The translations under genes were made by a program, and so were the position numbers. The notes below the pieces were generated by a model that saw only the letters and a list, made by a program, of their open reading frames with translations, did not search any database and was not told the DNA's origin. Below, one piece after another: positions 11,190-23,453 of a stretch of DNA of 64,000 bases. Numbering within the stretch: position 1 is the first letter of the stretch; each line of letters begins with the position of its first letter. The DNA comes from Eledone cirrhosa (taxonomy: Eukaryota), in contig OZ024741.1 of NCBI GenBank assembly GCA_964016885.1, forward strand, positions 319,114,001 to 319,178,000. Direction: 5' to 3'.

Positions 11190-14100
11190 ATATATATATA
11201 TATGTATGATCTTGTATTTTAAAATCCCATTATTCGCTTATTACTGTTATATGCTTGTCCAATTATGCCCAAAATTCGAAGATTTTATTTAAACCCTCTC
11301 GCTAACTACCCCATACTCCTCCCACTCTCCACCATTATTATTTGGACCAATCATAAGTCAGCGGCCTATGCTACCACTTCTCCTGGTTGCTTTTCGATAT
11401 GATGAATGGACTAAGGAATTCTGGAGAGTCTGAAAAATCTGGACACTCAGTGATAATGCCAAAGATAAAGTCAAATTCACCTCATGGTGCCGGACGAAAA
11501 GGCAGGGACTTCTCTTTGTTTCGGCCGTGGATGGCCAACATAACCCCAACCCCCTCACCGCACCCCACCGTTGCCACCCACCAAATGCAATACAAAACTT
11601 CAGAGTTGGTACCATGAATGTAGGCACCTTAAAAGGTCGCTCTAATGAGGTTGTAGAAATGTTTGAACGTAAGGAGGTTGATGTTTGCTGTATCCAAGAG
11701 ACCAGGCGGAGGGGTGGGTCTGCTAGATTCATCGTGGGTAAAGAACGATGCTATAAGCTTTTCTGGGTGGGAAATGACAATGGGCTGGGTAGAGTAAGAA
11801 TCATGGTAGCAGAAAAGTGGGCAGATAAGATAATAGACGTAAATAGAGTGAACGACAAAATAATTAAAATAAGACTTGTCCTAAATAGAACTACTGTGAC
11901 AGTAATATCTGCGTATGCACCCCAATCCGGACTGCCTGGCGCTCTAAAAGACAGATTCTATGAGACATTGATGCTCACTACCTCCCAAATAACTGACAGT
12001 GACTACATAATTATTGCTGGCGACCTAAATGGTCACGTTGGACAACATTGTGAGGCTATGACGGAATCCATGGAGGCTATGGATTTGGTACTAGAAATGA
12101 GGAAGGCTCCAGAATCCTGGAATTCTGTGACGCAAATAACCTAACTATCTGTAACACTAACTTCAAAAAACGAGACAATCACTTGATCACCTATAGATCA
12201 GGGGAACACGCCAGTCAGATAGATTATATCCTTACCAGAAGACGTGATAGAGTGTCTGTTGTAAACACTAAATCCCTCTCCCATGAAGAATGCACCTCCC
12301 AACATAGACTCATAGTCAGCGACCTCATAGTCAGGACAAGACGTACTCGACAACAGAGGAGGACTATCCTCAGGAGAAAAATATGGAAGCTAAAGGACAC
12401 CAGAGCCAGTAATAAATTTAAAAGCATATTACTTGATGCTTTCGACAGTAAGGAAGAGCAATTAGAGTCGTACAATATAGAGGAACAGTGGGAATTCCTG
12501 AAAGCTAACCTGCTGAAGGCGACAGATGAAGTCTGTGGCTGGAGCAGGCCTATAGGCAGGCTTGGAAAGTATGGCGGGATGGGGGAAGTAGAGAAGACTA
12601 TCAAGTGGCCAGGAGGGAAGCTAGGAGACAAGTGTATTTCGCAAGAAGGGAAGCAGAGGAAAGAAAGTTCAAGCATGTTCTAAAACGCGAGGACCATAAA
12701 CGTGAGGTGTTCAGGATTGCTAGGCAATGTGTCAAGGAAAACCGTGATATTGTCGGGGAGAAGTGTGTCCTTAATGATGATGGTGTACTTGCCATCACTG
12801 ACGCTGATAAGAAGGTAGCTTGGAAGTGTCACTACGAAAGGCTACTAAATGAGGAGAATAAATGGGAGAAAGACAGTCTCCCCCATATCGATCCAATAGA
12901 GAGACCAGCAGTGCTAGTTGAAGGTAGTATAATATGTAAGGCAATCAAAGATATGAAGACGGGTAAGGCGGCTGGGCCTTCGGAAATAGTTGCTGAAATG
13001 CTGAAAGCATCTGGAACGGTGGGACACACTATGGTCACCCGGATAGTAAACCAAGTCATACAGAATGGGGCCGTTACGAAGGACTGGCATAGCAGCATCA
13101 TCATTAACTGCTACAATGGTAAAGGAGATGCCCTAGATAGGGGTAACTATAGAAGCATTAAATTAATCGACCAGGTCATGAAGGTCACAGAAAAAGTAAT
13201 AGCGCAACTAATCAGAGAACGAATTGATCTAGATGAAATGCAGTTCGGGTTTGTGTCAGGTAAAAGTACCACAGACGCTCTTTTCATTGTACGACAACTA
13301 CAGGAGAAGTACCTAGCTAAAAGTAAACCCCTATACTTAGCTTTTGTTGACTTGGAGAAAGCCTTTGACAGAGTCCCCCGCTCCATTATCTGGTGGGCTC
13401 TTAGAAAACTAGGTGTTGATGAATGGCTTGTGAGAGCTATACAAGCCATGTATAAAGAAACAGTCAGCAAGGTTAGAATTAACAACAAATATAGTGAAGA
13501 GTTTAGCGTAAAAGTTGGTGTTCATCAGGGCTCCGTTCTTAGCCCCCTACTATTTATTATTGCCCTTCAGGCTATAAGAGAGGAGTTCAAGACCGGCTGC
13601 CCATGGGAACTCTTATACGCAGATGATCAAACGCTCATAGCTGAATCAATGGCTGAACTAGAGAAGAAATTCCAAACATGGAAGCATGGCCTAGAATCAA
13701 AAGGCCTTAAAGTTAACTTGTCTAAGACTAAAGTTCTAGTTTGTAGGAAGGAAAATAGGGCAGCGGTCCCATCTGGGAAATGGCCATGCTCAGTTTGTAG
13801 GAAAGGAGTAGGCAGAAACTCCATTTTATGTCCCAAATGCAAATTATGGGTGCACAAAAGATGTAGTGGGATCACAGGTAAGCTAACTAAGAATATAGAT
13901 TTTATATGTGGCCGGTGTTCTGGTGCAATAAGTAGCAGCAAGTGCCCACAGAATACTAGCTCATTCCATTGCACAGATGGTTCTATAGAAATAGTGGACA
14001 CCTTCCGTTACCTGGGTGACAAAATCAGCAGTGGGGGAGGGTGCTCTGAAAGTACAGTAGCTAGAGTCAGAACCGCTAAAGGGTTCTGTCTAAAAATGAA

Positions 14101-14865
14101 AGGCAGGCTGTATGATGCTTGCATACAAACAGCAATGTTACATGGCAGTGAGACCTGGGCATTGTGTGCAGAGGATATACGCAGATGTGTAATAGTAATA
14201 TATGTGAACGGCAAAGCATAAACGAACTAAGGGAGAAATTAGGAATAAGAGGGATCAGATTTTGTTTACTCAAGAGACGACTACGTTGGTACGGTCACGT
14301 GATGTGCATGAAAGATGACAGCTGTATAAAAAAGTGCAGGGCGATAAAAATAGACGGTAGCCACGGAGTAGGCAGACCCAGAAAAACCTGGGACGACTTG
14401 ATAAATTCCGACCTCATACACCTCTCCAAGACAATGTCACTGGACCGAGATCTTTGGCGCTACACAGTAATACAGAAGACCCGCCTTGCCTAAGTACAAA
14501 GCGAAACCTACAGTCAGTAGGCACCTCTAACAAAAATACACCCCTGCCCCAGTAACCCCCCCCCCCCCCCATGTGAAGTTATGTTGGTACCACAATATCC
14601 AGTCCGAAACAAATGAGGTCGTGTAGGTATCACGACAAAAAAACACACAGTCCACGCTGTAATGTGGCCGTGTAGGTAACACGGTAAAAACCTCCCAGTC
14701 CACACTGTCAATGTAGTTGGTGTTAGGAACAGCATCCAGCTGTAGAAAACCCGCCAGACAGTCCTATACGAGCAGGACAACCATTCTTGCCTCAAGACGG
14801 AAAACTCCCGTCCAAACCCATGCAAGCGTGGAAGATGGACGTTAAACGATGATGATGATGATGAT
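11190..14865 (+). mobile_element. Near full-length, frameshifted RTE-clade LINE (APE endonuclease + RT + PHD-like finger), second subfamily
   Basis: 11527-12144 APE motifs (GTMNVGTL, IQETR, AYAPQ, AGDLNGHVG); 12183 SQIDYIL; 12605-14221 RT (FVDLEKAFD, QGSVLSPLLF, YADD); 3' UTR and (GAT)n tail to about 14865; 5' end in (TA)n. Confidence 0.93.
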
Positions 14866-15342
14866 ATATATATATAATACAGAGTAACCGACCTCCCATG
14901 GGTACAAGCTGAAGGATATAGACAATATGCCTCGACACCCTCCCACTACAAAGTGGTCGTGGAGGTGCCACGGCAAAAAAGCACCCAGCCCACTCTGTAA
15001 AGTGGACGTGTAGGCGCCACGGAAAAAAGCACCCAGCACTCACTGTAAATGAGTTTGGTGTTAGGAAGGGCATCCAGCTGTAGAAATCAAGCCAAAATCA
15101 GTTCCTGTATGAGCAAGGCATGGTCAGCCGACCAGACACTGCCCACAACAGGACAACCCGTCTAACCCATGCTAGCATGGAAGAACGGACGTACAACGGT
15201 GATGATGATGATGATGATGATATTTGTGTGTGTGTGTGTCTGTTTGTGTGCATACATATATATAGTAAAAATAAATACAAAGACCAAAATCCAAAATGCT
15301 GGAACTCCTTTACACCAATGAATGAATCTTAAACAAAAAATC

Positions 15343-15408
15343 TGAGGCAATTTCGGCTTGTATGCATAATATATATATATATTATGCTTACAAGCCGAAA
15401 TTGCCTCA
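15343..15408. repeat. 66-bp near-perfect palindrome centred on (TA)n
   Basis: TGAGGCAATTTCGGCTTGTATGCATAA-(TA)n-TTATGCTTACAAGCCGAAATTGCCTCA, one mismatch. Confidence 0.9.
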
Positions 15409-15781
15409 CTACAGGACTAGAACTGTTTCATTCGAAGGAAATCATGTATGTGTGTTTGCAATCATGTGTATGTGTGTGTATATGTGTATATGTTGTCTGC
15501 AGTCATTTTCCAGGATAGACTTAGAAACTCCAGCTTCTAAAGAATAATTAACCCTTTCATAACTGTATTTTTAATGAAATATACACTATTTCAATTAATT
15601 AATGAAGAATTGTGGGGGTTTTATTAAAATTATTGATTATTTCATTATTAAGATAGTCTAATATATGCCACTTATATAAAATTATGCTGGAAGATTTTAA
15701 TTATATGTAGGAACTCTTTAATCTTTTTATTGTGATGTATCTAACGAAGTACACTGTATTTCAACTAATTACTGAAGAAGT

Positions 15782-16204
15782 TTAACCCTTTAACATTTAA
15801 ACTGGCCATATCCAGCCCGAATTCACTCACCTCTTTCTGTTCACACTGGTTGTAACCAGCCATTCATACTGATGTTAAGGTATTCTTCCCAAAATAAATA
15901 ATATCAAAATCTCATAGATTCGATATTATGTGAGATTTTTAACCCTTTAGCATTCACATTACTCTATATTTTCTATCATATTTTCACGGTGAAGGCTTTA
16001 TCTCACATAATATCGAATCTATGTGATTTTGATGATATTTATTTTGAGAACAATACCTTAACATCAGTATGAATGGCTAGTTACAGCCAGTTTGAACAGA
16101 AAGAGTTGAGAGAATTTTGGCCAGATATGGCTGGTTTAAATGCTAAACCTTTACCATGAAAATACAATAGTAAATATAGAGTAATGTTAATGCTAAAGTG
16201 TTAA
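15782..16204. mobile_element. TTAA MITE containing a second copy nested in opposite orientation
   Basis: + copy 15782-about 15935, - copy about 15939-16147, remainder of the + copy 16148-16204. Confidence 0.7.
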
Positions 16205-16338
16205 GGTATGTACTAAAGTTACATGAACATGAGTGGTTTTGTTACATAGAACTAAGCCATTTTTGGCTGGGTTGGTTTTAAAAAGGTTAACGATCGGAAT
16301 AGTTTCAGAATTGGTTGTTAAATTGTAATTAAACTTAC

Positions 16339-16530
16339 ATGTTTTCAACAAGAACACTGGATATACTCCCATCTAATGTTTCTGGTATTTCCTTGGCAGT
16401 TTGGTACTTTTCTGGTACACCTCCAATAGTGATGCTCATGGAGAAATCATTAGCATCATTACTAAACCAGCCAGACTTTTCTTTATATTTCATGTCCACA
16501 CTTCTTTGACCATCCAAACTGATATGAAGG
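16339..16530 (-). CDS. Laminin alpha-like exon (LG3)
   Basis: TTTAG / GTAAGT; LHISLDG...ITIGGVPEKYQTAKEIPETLDGSISSVLVEN, LG-type IGG.P motif; phases 2/2. Confidence 0.85.
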
Positions 16531-16604
16531 CTAAATATTAAAAACAAATACTTACATAGTTATCTTGATTAATTAAAATAATACTGAGAATTGTCTGGTG
16601 GAGA

Positions 16605-16870
16605 GAGAGGAATAGAGCCAGTGATGAATGGGGTAAAGAGACATAGAATGGAATGATATAATTGGGTTATGTTGAGAAAGGATGAAAGTGACTGGGTCAT
16701 GGAAATAGAGCTAGTGATGAATGTTGTTTAGAGAAATGGAATGAAATGGTTGGGTCATTTGTTGAAAAAGAATGAAAAGAACTGGGTGAGAGGAATAGAG
16801 CCAGAGGTGAAAGTTTTGAAGAGAAATGAAATCAGATGGTTGGCTCATGTATTGAGAAAGGATGAAAAAA
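16605..16870 (+). repeat. About 3 degenerate tandem units of about 88 bp resembling a LINE C-terminal coding piece
   Basis: Units translate to KWLGHLLKKNEKNWV and RWLAHVLRKDE, similar to RWYGHVMRMEDDRW in the RTE copies. Confidence 0.5.
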
Positions 16871-17136
16871 ATAAAAATAAATGGAATATGATGTTTGCAG
16901 TGAATGGCGCTCTTACTGCATAGAAATTGTTCTACTGAAATTGGTTGTTGATGGATTAAAGAAAAATCTTTACTGAAAAACATATGCAGAAAAGGAATTC
17001 CAGAGGGATGACATTCTGTGGGAGGAAGGACTGGGTACATCAGATAGAGTGAAGAAGGATGGGGGTGGTAGTATGTGGAAAAAGCGAACTGAGTTTTAAA
17101 ACTGGCTTGGGCATCCAGGTTACACCAACTAACATG

Positions 17137-17460
17137 ACTGCTGAGAGCCAGAGGTATGTTTTCACTGCTCAGCTAAGCTGACACTGATTAACAGACAGCT
17201 GAGGGTCAAAGGTGTGTTTTCACTGCTCAGTTAAGCTGACACTAACTAACAGACAGATGAGGATCAGAAATATATTTTTACTGTTCAGCTAAGCTGACAC
17301 TGACTAACAGACTGCTGAAGACCAGTAGTCTGTTTTAACTCCTCAGCTAAGCTGACACTGACTGCTGAGGATCAGAAGTGTGTTTTCATTGCTCAGCTAG
17401 GCTGACACTGACTAACAGACCACTGAGGATGTCAGAGTTGTGTTTTCACTGCTCAGTTTA
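17137..17460. repeat. Degenerate minisatellite of about 59 bp, 5-6 units
   Basis: Recurring TGTTTTCACTGCTCAGCTAAGCTGACACTGACTAACAGAC. Confidence 0.8.
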
Positions 17461-17634
17461 GGTGTGCTGCATTTTCATTTTAATCTTTCTGTAGTGGCTA
17501 TGAGATTTTCAGCTGTTTTTTTAACCCACTCCAGGGATCCACCAAACATTGCCCAAATGACCTTATGGTCAGTCCACCTTTGGTATGAGGACACAATATG
17601 GGTGTTGAGAGGTGGAGAGAGACAAGTGAGTCAA

Positions 17635-18005
17635 GAGTGGCTAGCATGAGACTAACCAGATATAAGGAACTGAGGGTACTCACGTAGATGTAGGTGTGGC
17701 TTGCATGAGAACAGCTAAATATAAAGAGTAGAGGGTATCATAGTAGTTGTAGATGTGGCTGGCATGAGGGTAGCTATATATAAGGAACAGAGGGTATTGT
17801 AGCAACTGTAGATGTAGCTGGCATGAGAACAGCTAGATATAAGGTGTAGAAGGTATTGTAGTAACTGTAAATGTGGCTGGCATGAGAGCAGCTAGATATG
17901 AGGCTATGTAACCATGGTAGTTGTTATACTACTTACTTTCCCCACAGTTATTACATTCCAGAATGGAGGTGATGTGGGTTGAGACCAGCCATATATAAGG
18001 AACAA
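17635..18005. repeat. Degenerate minisatellite of about 60 bp, about 5 units
   Basis: Recurring GTGGCTGGCATGAGAACAGCTAGATATAAGG. Confidence 0.75.
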
Positions 18006-18025
18006 AAGCCACAGTAGATACTTAC

Positions 18026-18162
18026 TTGCCCATTTCATCATCAACAGTTATTATATTCCAAAGTGCATTGCTTGAATTTCTGGATATCTTAGAGCTGTCA
18101 TCTGTCTCATGGTTCATAATCTCCACTAGAGAATCTTGTAGCTTTACCTCAATGGCAAATTT
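18026..18162 (-). CDS. Laminin alpha-like exon (LG3)
   Basis: TTTTGCAG / GTAAGT; KFAIEVKLQDSLVEIMNH...NALWNIITVDDEMG; phases 0/2. Confidence 0.82.
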
Positions 18163-19208
18163 CTGCAAAACAATTATAATGATGGTAATGGCATTATTTA
18201 ACTGTTTAAAAAAACAGTTACTAATGGTTTCTGATTTAGGCACAAGGCCAACAATTTTGGGGAAGGGGAAAGTCAATTAAATCGATTCCAGTGTATTACT
18301 GGTACTTTATTTTATTGACCTTGGCGGGATTTGAACTCAGAATGCAAAGGGTCATAACTCTATGTCACTAAGCATGTTGTCCGACGCTCTACCGATTTTG
18401 CCAATCCACAGTTAATAATGTTCTTTAATGATGAATGTAACCCTTTAATGATGAATGTAACCCTTTTGATATCAAGACACCTGAAACCACACCTGTTTCT
18501 ACAATACAAAAGTGTTTATATTAAAGTGTTCATGTTTATCTAAAACCATACCATTATAATTTTAGAACCTACATAAAACTATGTTCAAAAACACTAACTT
18601 AATAATGAGAAAGTTAGTTATATTACTAAATCCTTCCAAATTTTTGATTGGTTTTACAATTATTTTAAACTTTCCTCATGAAATACATTGACAGGTTCAA
18701 TTAATTTTGAAAATAATCAAGAATTTGGAAGGTTTCAGTAAAAGAACGTTTTCATTAAGTTGATGTTAACAACCTGACAACAAAGTTCTTTCTAAAACTT
18801 TATAATGGAAGGATTAATTTAGATATGAACACCTTAAAATGAACAGTTTTATCACAAAACCAGAGGTGGTTTCAAGTGGATGAGTATAGAAATATAATAA
18901 TGAAAGGATTAACTGTCTGTTAAGATCAAGCATAATCCTCTTTACAATTAGCTGATTAATAATGTGTTCTAGTATAGGCACAAGGCCAGTAATTTGGGGA
19001 GAGGGGAAAGTGATTAAATTGAACCCAGTACGTTACTGGTGCTTTATTTTATCGACCCTGTAAAGTTAACTTTCGTGGGATTTGAACTCAGAACGTAAAG
19101 GACTGTAACTCTATACTGCAAAGCATGGTGTCCAACTCTATCGATACTGCCAATTCACTGCTCTAATTAGCTGATTAATATTAAAAATAAATAAAAAAAA
19201 TGACTCAC

Positions 19209-19343
19209 ACTTTTTCTTTTAAAGAACAATGCCACACCATTGGCTTGATGGCTGACCTTCACTGATATTGACTTTACAGATGCAAAGTCAGGAAGATTGA
19301 TTGGCTTGGAGTTTTTGGTGAATTGAGAACATGATATCCACAA
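19209..19343 (-). CDS. Laminin alpha-like exon (start of LG3)
   Basis: TTCAG / GTGAGT; LWISCSQFTKNSKPINLPDFASVKSISVKVSHQANGVALFFKRKS; phases 0/0. Confidence 0.8.
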
Positions 19344-19991
19344 CTGAATGAACAGACAGATATATAATTAGAGATTAAATGATGAGGCTCATGATGATGA
19401 TGATATATATATAAGATAATATCTCCAACTGAATAAACAGATAGAGATATAAACTGACGTTAAATGAAAAGATAATATATATATATTCCCCATATTTATA
19501 ATTTGATAAACAGCTCTGATTAACTGGTTATTTCAATTTTTTTGATTATTTAAACTCTTTCAGTCAGTGAGCAAAACTGGTCAAGGTGGGCGCCGTACAC
19601 ACATATACCTGTGTATCTGTGTGTATATCTCATTACTATTTTGTCCAAAACTCCCTTATGGTTGACTTAACCAGGTGGGTGCTAATTGCTTTTTGCAAAT
19701 ACGGTACTCGTTAAATGTCCAGCCTTCACCCTGCTTCTGTGTTAATTTCTCCCTCTGCCTCCCAAGAATTATTTACTTGTAACGGTCGGGTCAAGAAACA
19801 GTCCACTAAACTGAGGGGTCTCTTGATAGGCCCTTTAACCTTACAGCAATGGTGCACTTCTATAGTGCAGGATTGCTGCAAGACAATTTGGCGAAACTGT
19901 AGTTGAGACTTTTTATCAATTATTTCCTCGCATTTATAATTTGATATTAATATATATATATATATATATATATAGTTCATACATGCAACAA

Positions 19992-20080
19992 AAGTGCTAC
20001 CTAAGGTTTCAAAGTCCAATATTGACCATATCTCCAGAATGTAAGAGGGATCAAAATTGTCACCTAATCTTCAGGCACTT
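19992..20080 (-). ncRNA. Type I hammerhead ribozyme motif in a Penelope pseudo-LTR fragment (about 19970-20320)
   Basis: AAGUGC-CUGAAGA-long imperfect stem II-GAAA-CCUUAGG-UA-GCACUU; 6-bp stem I and GUA cleavage triplet; paralogous to 5245-5620. Confidence 0.7.
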
Positions 20081-21144
20081 AGACGAGTTTATAAGATACC
20101 ATTACAAGTGTGCTTCAATGCTAGTTTACAAAAAATGTATTATAACAAAGGGAAATAACTCCAAAAGGTAAATTTGAAATAGTGAAGTCATACACACTTT
20201 AGTATTCATGGGCTATAGTAGATGTATGGTATTATGTGGGTGTGTATAATATAGAGATGGTGATATCTATTAAGGTATGGAGTAGAGTAGTATAGAAAGT
20301 GTACTGTTTATGTGTGGTAAAAGAAAGAGAAGAAAAAGATATTCGTTTATTGTTGAGTCGCTAACACAGCCACCTTACACAGCAGACTGGGTGCTCTTTC
20401 TTATGTCACCAGTCCAACCACTCCACAGGGGAGACTGGGTGACTTATGTTGTGCCATCAACATGACCACTTTACAGGTTGGGCTAGACGCCTCCTGTTGT
20501 GTCACCAACATGACCACCGCACATGGTGGATTAGGTGCTTATTTATCATGTCACCAGTATGACCACCTTGCAGGGAGAACCAGGTGCTCTTTTGTCATGG
20601 CACCAACATGAGCACATTCATGGTGGACTAGGGGCTTTTGTTGTGTCATTAGTATAATTACCTGACAGGGTGGACCGAGAGCTTTTAGTCATTTCAGCAG
20701 CATTGTAGGAGAGCATGTTCATCTTTTCATACTTGTATACATCAATTGGTCAAAAGAGTTGCATGTATGTAGGGTAGAGATTGGAGAGGTAGGTTTATGA
20801 TGGGGTACTTAGCTAGTGAAGGGTGCAGTGTTAAGACATGGTGTATGCATGGGAGGCGGGGAAGTGGTGTATACTAGAGACTACTAATCGTTGCTTCATC
20901 CCATGTACATGGGATATATATATTTGGAGATAGGATGAGAGAGAGAGAGGATGAGAAGGAGAGAGAGAGATAGATCATCATCATTTAATATGTTCTTTTT
21001 TTTCCTTGCTAGCAATGGGTAGATGTGTCATCACAATCCATATCCAGTACTTAATCGAAGACACTGATCTCTCCAAATTTGAGATATTTTCTACTAAGAA
21101 TTAATAAGAACAACAATGATGACAGGCAAAAATAATTTACCTAC

Positions 21145-21250
21145 ATTATTTTCACAGTTTCCAAGATGTACATGTCGTGTATCTTCAAGCTGTAAGAGAG
21201 ATACTTCTTTATGGTTTAGCCAGATATTGGACAGACATCCTGTTAGTGAT
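21145..21250 (-). CDS. Laminin alpha-like exon (end of LG2)
   Basis: CTGCAG / GTAGGT; SLTGCLSNIWLNHKEVSLLQLEDTRHVHLGNCENN with the LG GC...C pair; phases 2/0. Confidence 0.85.
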
Positions 21251-21309
21251 CTGCAGCAGAGAAATAAATTGAAATATATATATATAAAATAAATTACTAT
21301 ATTTATTAG

Positions 21310-21480
21310 GTTCAGGCAAGGCTGCATGGTAAAGGAATTTGTTTTGCAGCCATGTGGTTCAGGGTTCTGACTCACTGGGCAGTAATTTGGGTAAGTGTTT
21401 TCTACTATAGCTTCAGGTTGGTCAATGTCTTGTGAGTGGAGTTTTGTATACAGATGCTGCTGAAGCTCATTGTGTGTGTG
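21310..21480 (+). mobile_element. Degenerate CORE-like tRNA SINE
   Basis: GGCTGCATGGTAAAG...GGGTTCTGACTC...TTGGGTAAGTGTTTTCTACTATAGC; related heads at about 38117, 40947 and 57190-57370(-). Confidence 0.5.
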
Positions 21481-22077
21481 TGCATGTGGGTGATGTATGT
21501 CTCTGTTTATGTTCTGTAGGCTTAAAAAAAAGATCCATAAAATAAGCACCAATATAATTGCCCAAATCAAGGCGGTGCTCCAGCATATTCATAGTATAAT
21601 GTCTGAAACCATTAAAAGAATAAAAATATTTAACAGCAACTGAGTGAGAATGTGGAAAATTTGAGTTAGGTGAGGTTTTATATTATAATCAAAACCATCG
21701 AAAATGTTTTAATTCATGACCTTCTACTTCTTTATTCTTCAAGAATAATTACCATTTTAAAGTCAACCCTGCTGAAGCAGGGGTTGGCCTTACAGGCCCC
21801 ATGAAAAGCTTCTCCATTTTACCGTATCATCATCTTTAACCATCAAAATTAAACACTAAAAAAATTTAAATTAACATGTCTGTTTTTAGATGTTTTCTAT
21901 TAAATCATTATAGAATGTTAAGAGATAATATTGAAAATGTTGACAATGATCTGTCCACAAGTAAAGACTCTATAAACATTTAAATTCACAAACTTGTTTT
22001 TAAATATTTTTACTAAATCATTGCAGGATGATAAGAGTTAATACTGCAAATTTTGTCACATTATAATTTCTACTCAC

Positions 22078-22235
22078 CTGTATTGAGAGGTAGTGTTGTT
22101 TTGATAATGTGGTGATAAACCTCCAAGTAAAAAGCCAGTCTCCACCTCACTATTTACAGATCTATACACTGCATCAGTAAATTTCAACTTCTCATCAATC
22201 ATCCCAGCACTAAATTTTCCATTCTTGAAAGAAAT
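22078..22235 (-). CDS. Laminin alpha-like exon (LG2)
   Basis: TTTAG / GTGAGT; ISFKNGKFSAGMIDEK...GFLLGGLSPHY; phases 0/2. Confidence 0.85.
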
Positions 22236-23279
22236 CTAAAATGTATAAATAATTGTTTCTTTCTAACATTGACAAATGCCAGCAATTAGGGGAAGGGAAA
22301 AGTTGATTAAATCATTTTATTTTATCAACTCTGGAAGGATAAAAGGTAAAAGTGATCTTGGTGCAATTTGAACTCAGGAAGTAAAGAGCTAAGATAAATA
22401 ATGCAAAGCATTTGTCTGACACTAACAATTCTGCCAATCCTCAACAATTTGAAAGAGAGGGGCATATTGAATAAATCGATCCCAGTGCATTACTGGTACT
22501 TTATTTTATCGATCCCATAAGGATAAAAGGCAAAGTTAACCTCAGCGAGAATTGAACTCGGAACGTAAAGCACCGTAACTATATGCCACAAAGCATATGT
22601 CTGATGCTCTACTGATATTGCCAATCCACCACCCAATAATGATAATAATTGTCTCTACTTTTGGCACAAGGCCAGCAATTACCCAGTATATTACTGGTAC
22701 TTTATTTTATCGACCCCATTAGTATGAAAGGCAAAGTTAACCTCGGTGGGATTTGAACCCAATAATGATAATAATAAATATTTATGCATGACACAGTGTA
22801 TATTAGAAAATTCAAGATAAATTTAATGGAGGTGTAAATATGATTTTAAAATTTTAATCCAATTGTAAGCTATAAATTTCTTCTCTCTCCACACACATAC
22901 ATACACACAAATAGATGTTAAATGATGATGATATGTATATAGTTCACCTATATACACACATACAAAAAAGAAAACCACACACACACACATAGTGTTTACA
23001 TACATACATATAGTTTACATATAAAAATAAATTCTCACACATAACAAACCATCATCATTTAACGTCCATTTTTTCATGCTGAAATGGGTTGGGTGAGTCA
23101 TAACAGATCAAGTAAGTACTTAATTGAAGTTACTGCCCACCCAGATGGGCCAGAAGCTATGTCTTGCCTACATACATTCTGGTTTTGGCTTGGGTGTCCC
23201 TCCAGCATGTTTATAAGTATGAATATAAGCAGTAACATTTCTAATTGTTATTAAAAACTTACAGAAGTAGCAAACTAAC

Positions 23280-23405
23280 CTGAAGTTTATGTAAAATTCC
23301 ATTGGAGAGTTTCTTAACTCCACTTAACTTCGCTGTCTGTGTATCCTCTAATTCATACTGGATATGGATGTTGCCAGATTCCATTGTGACGACCAGTAGA
23401 AAATT
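23280..23405 (-). CDS. Laminin alpha-like exon (LG2)
   Basis: TTCTAG / GTTAGT; NFLLVVTMESGNIHIQYELEDTQTAKLSGVKKLSNGILHKLQ; phases 0/0. Confidence 0.85.
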
Positions 23406-23453
23406 CTAGAAAATAACATTGAAGAAAATGCATCTTAATACCCTGTGTACTTT

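Noticed and set aside
15440-15536. Alternative next exon after 16339 (TTCTTTAG acceptor)
   Set aside because: In the required phase it gives ISWSF* with no LG-terminal Cys; the 11065 exon fits better.
23255-23279. Alternative GTAAGT donor 17 nt into the intron
   Set aside because: Would give phase 2 and frameshift the next exon.
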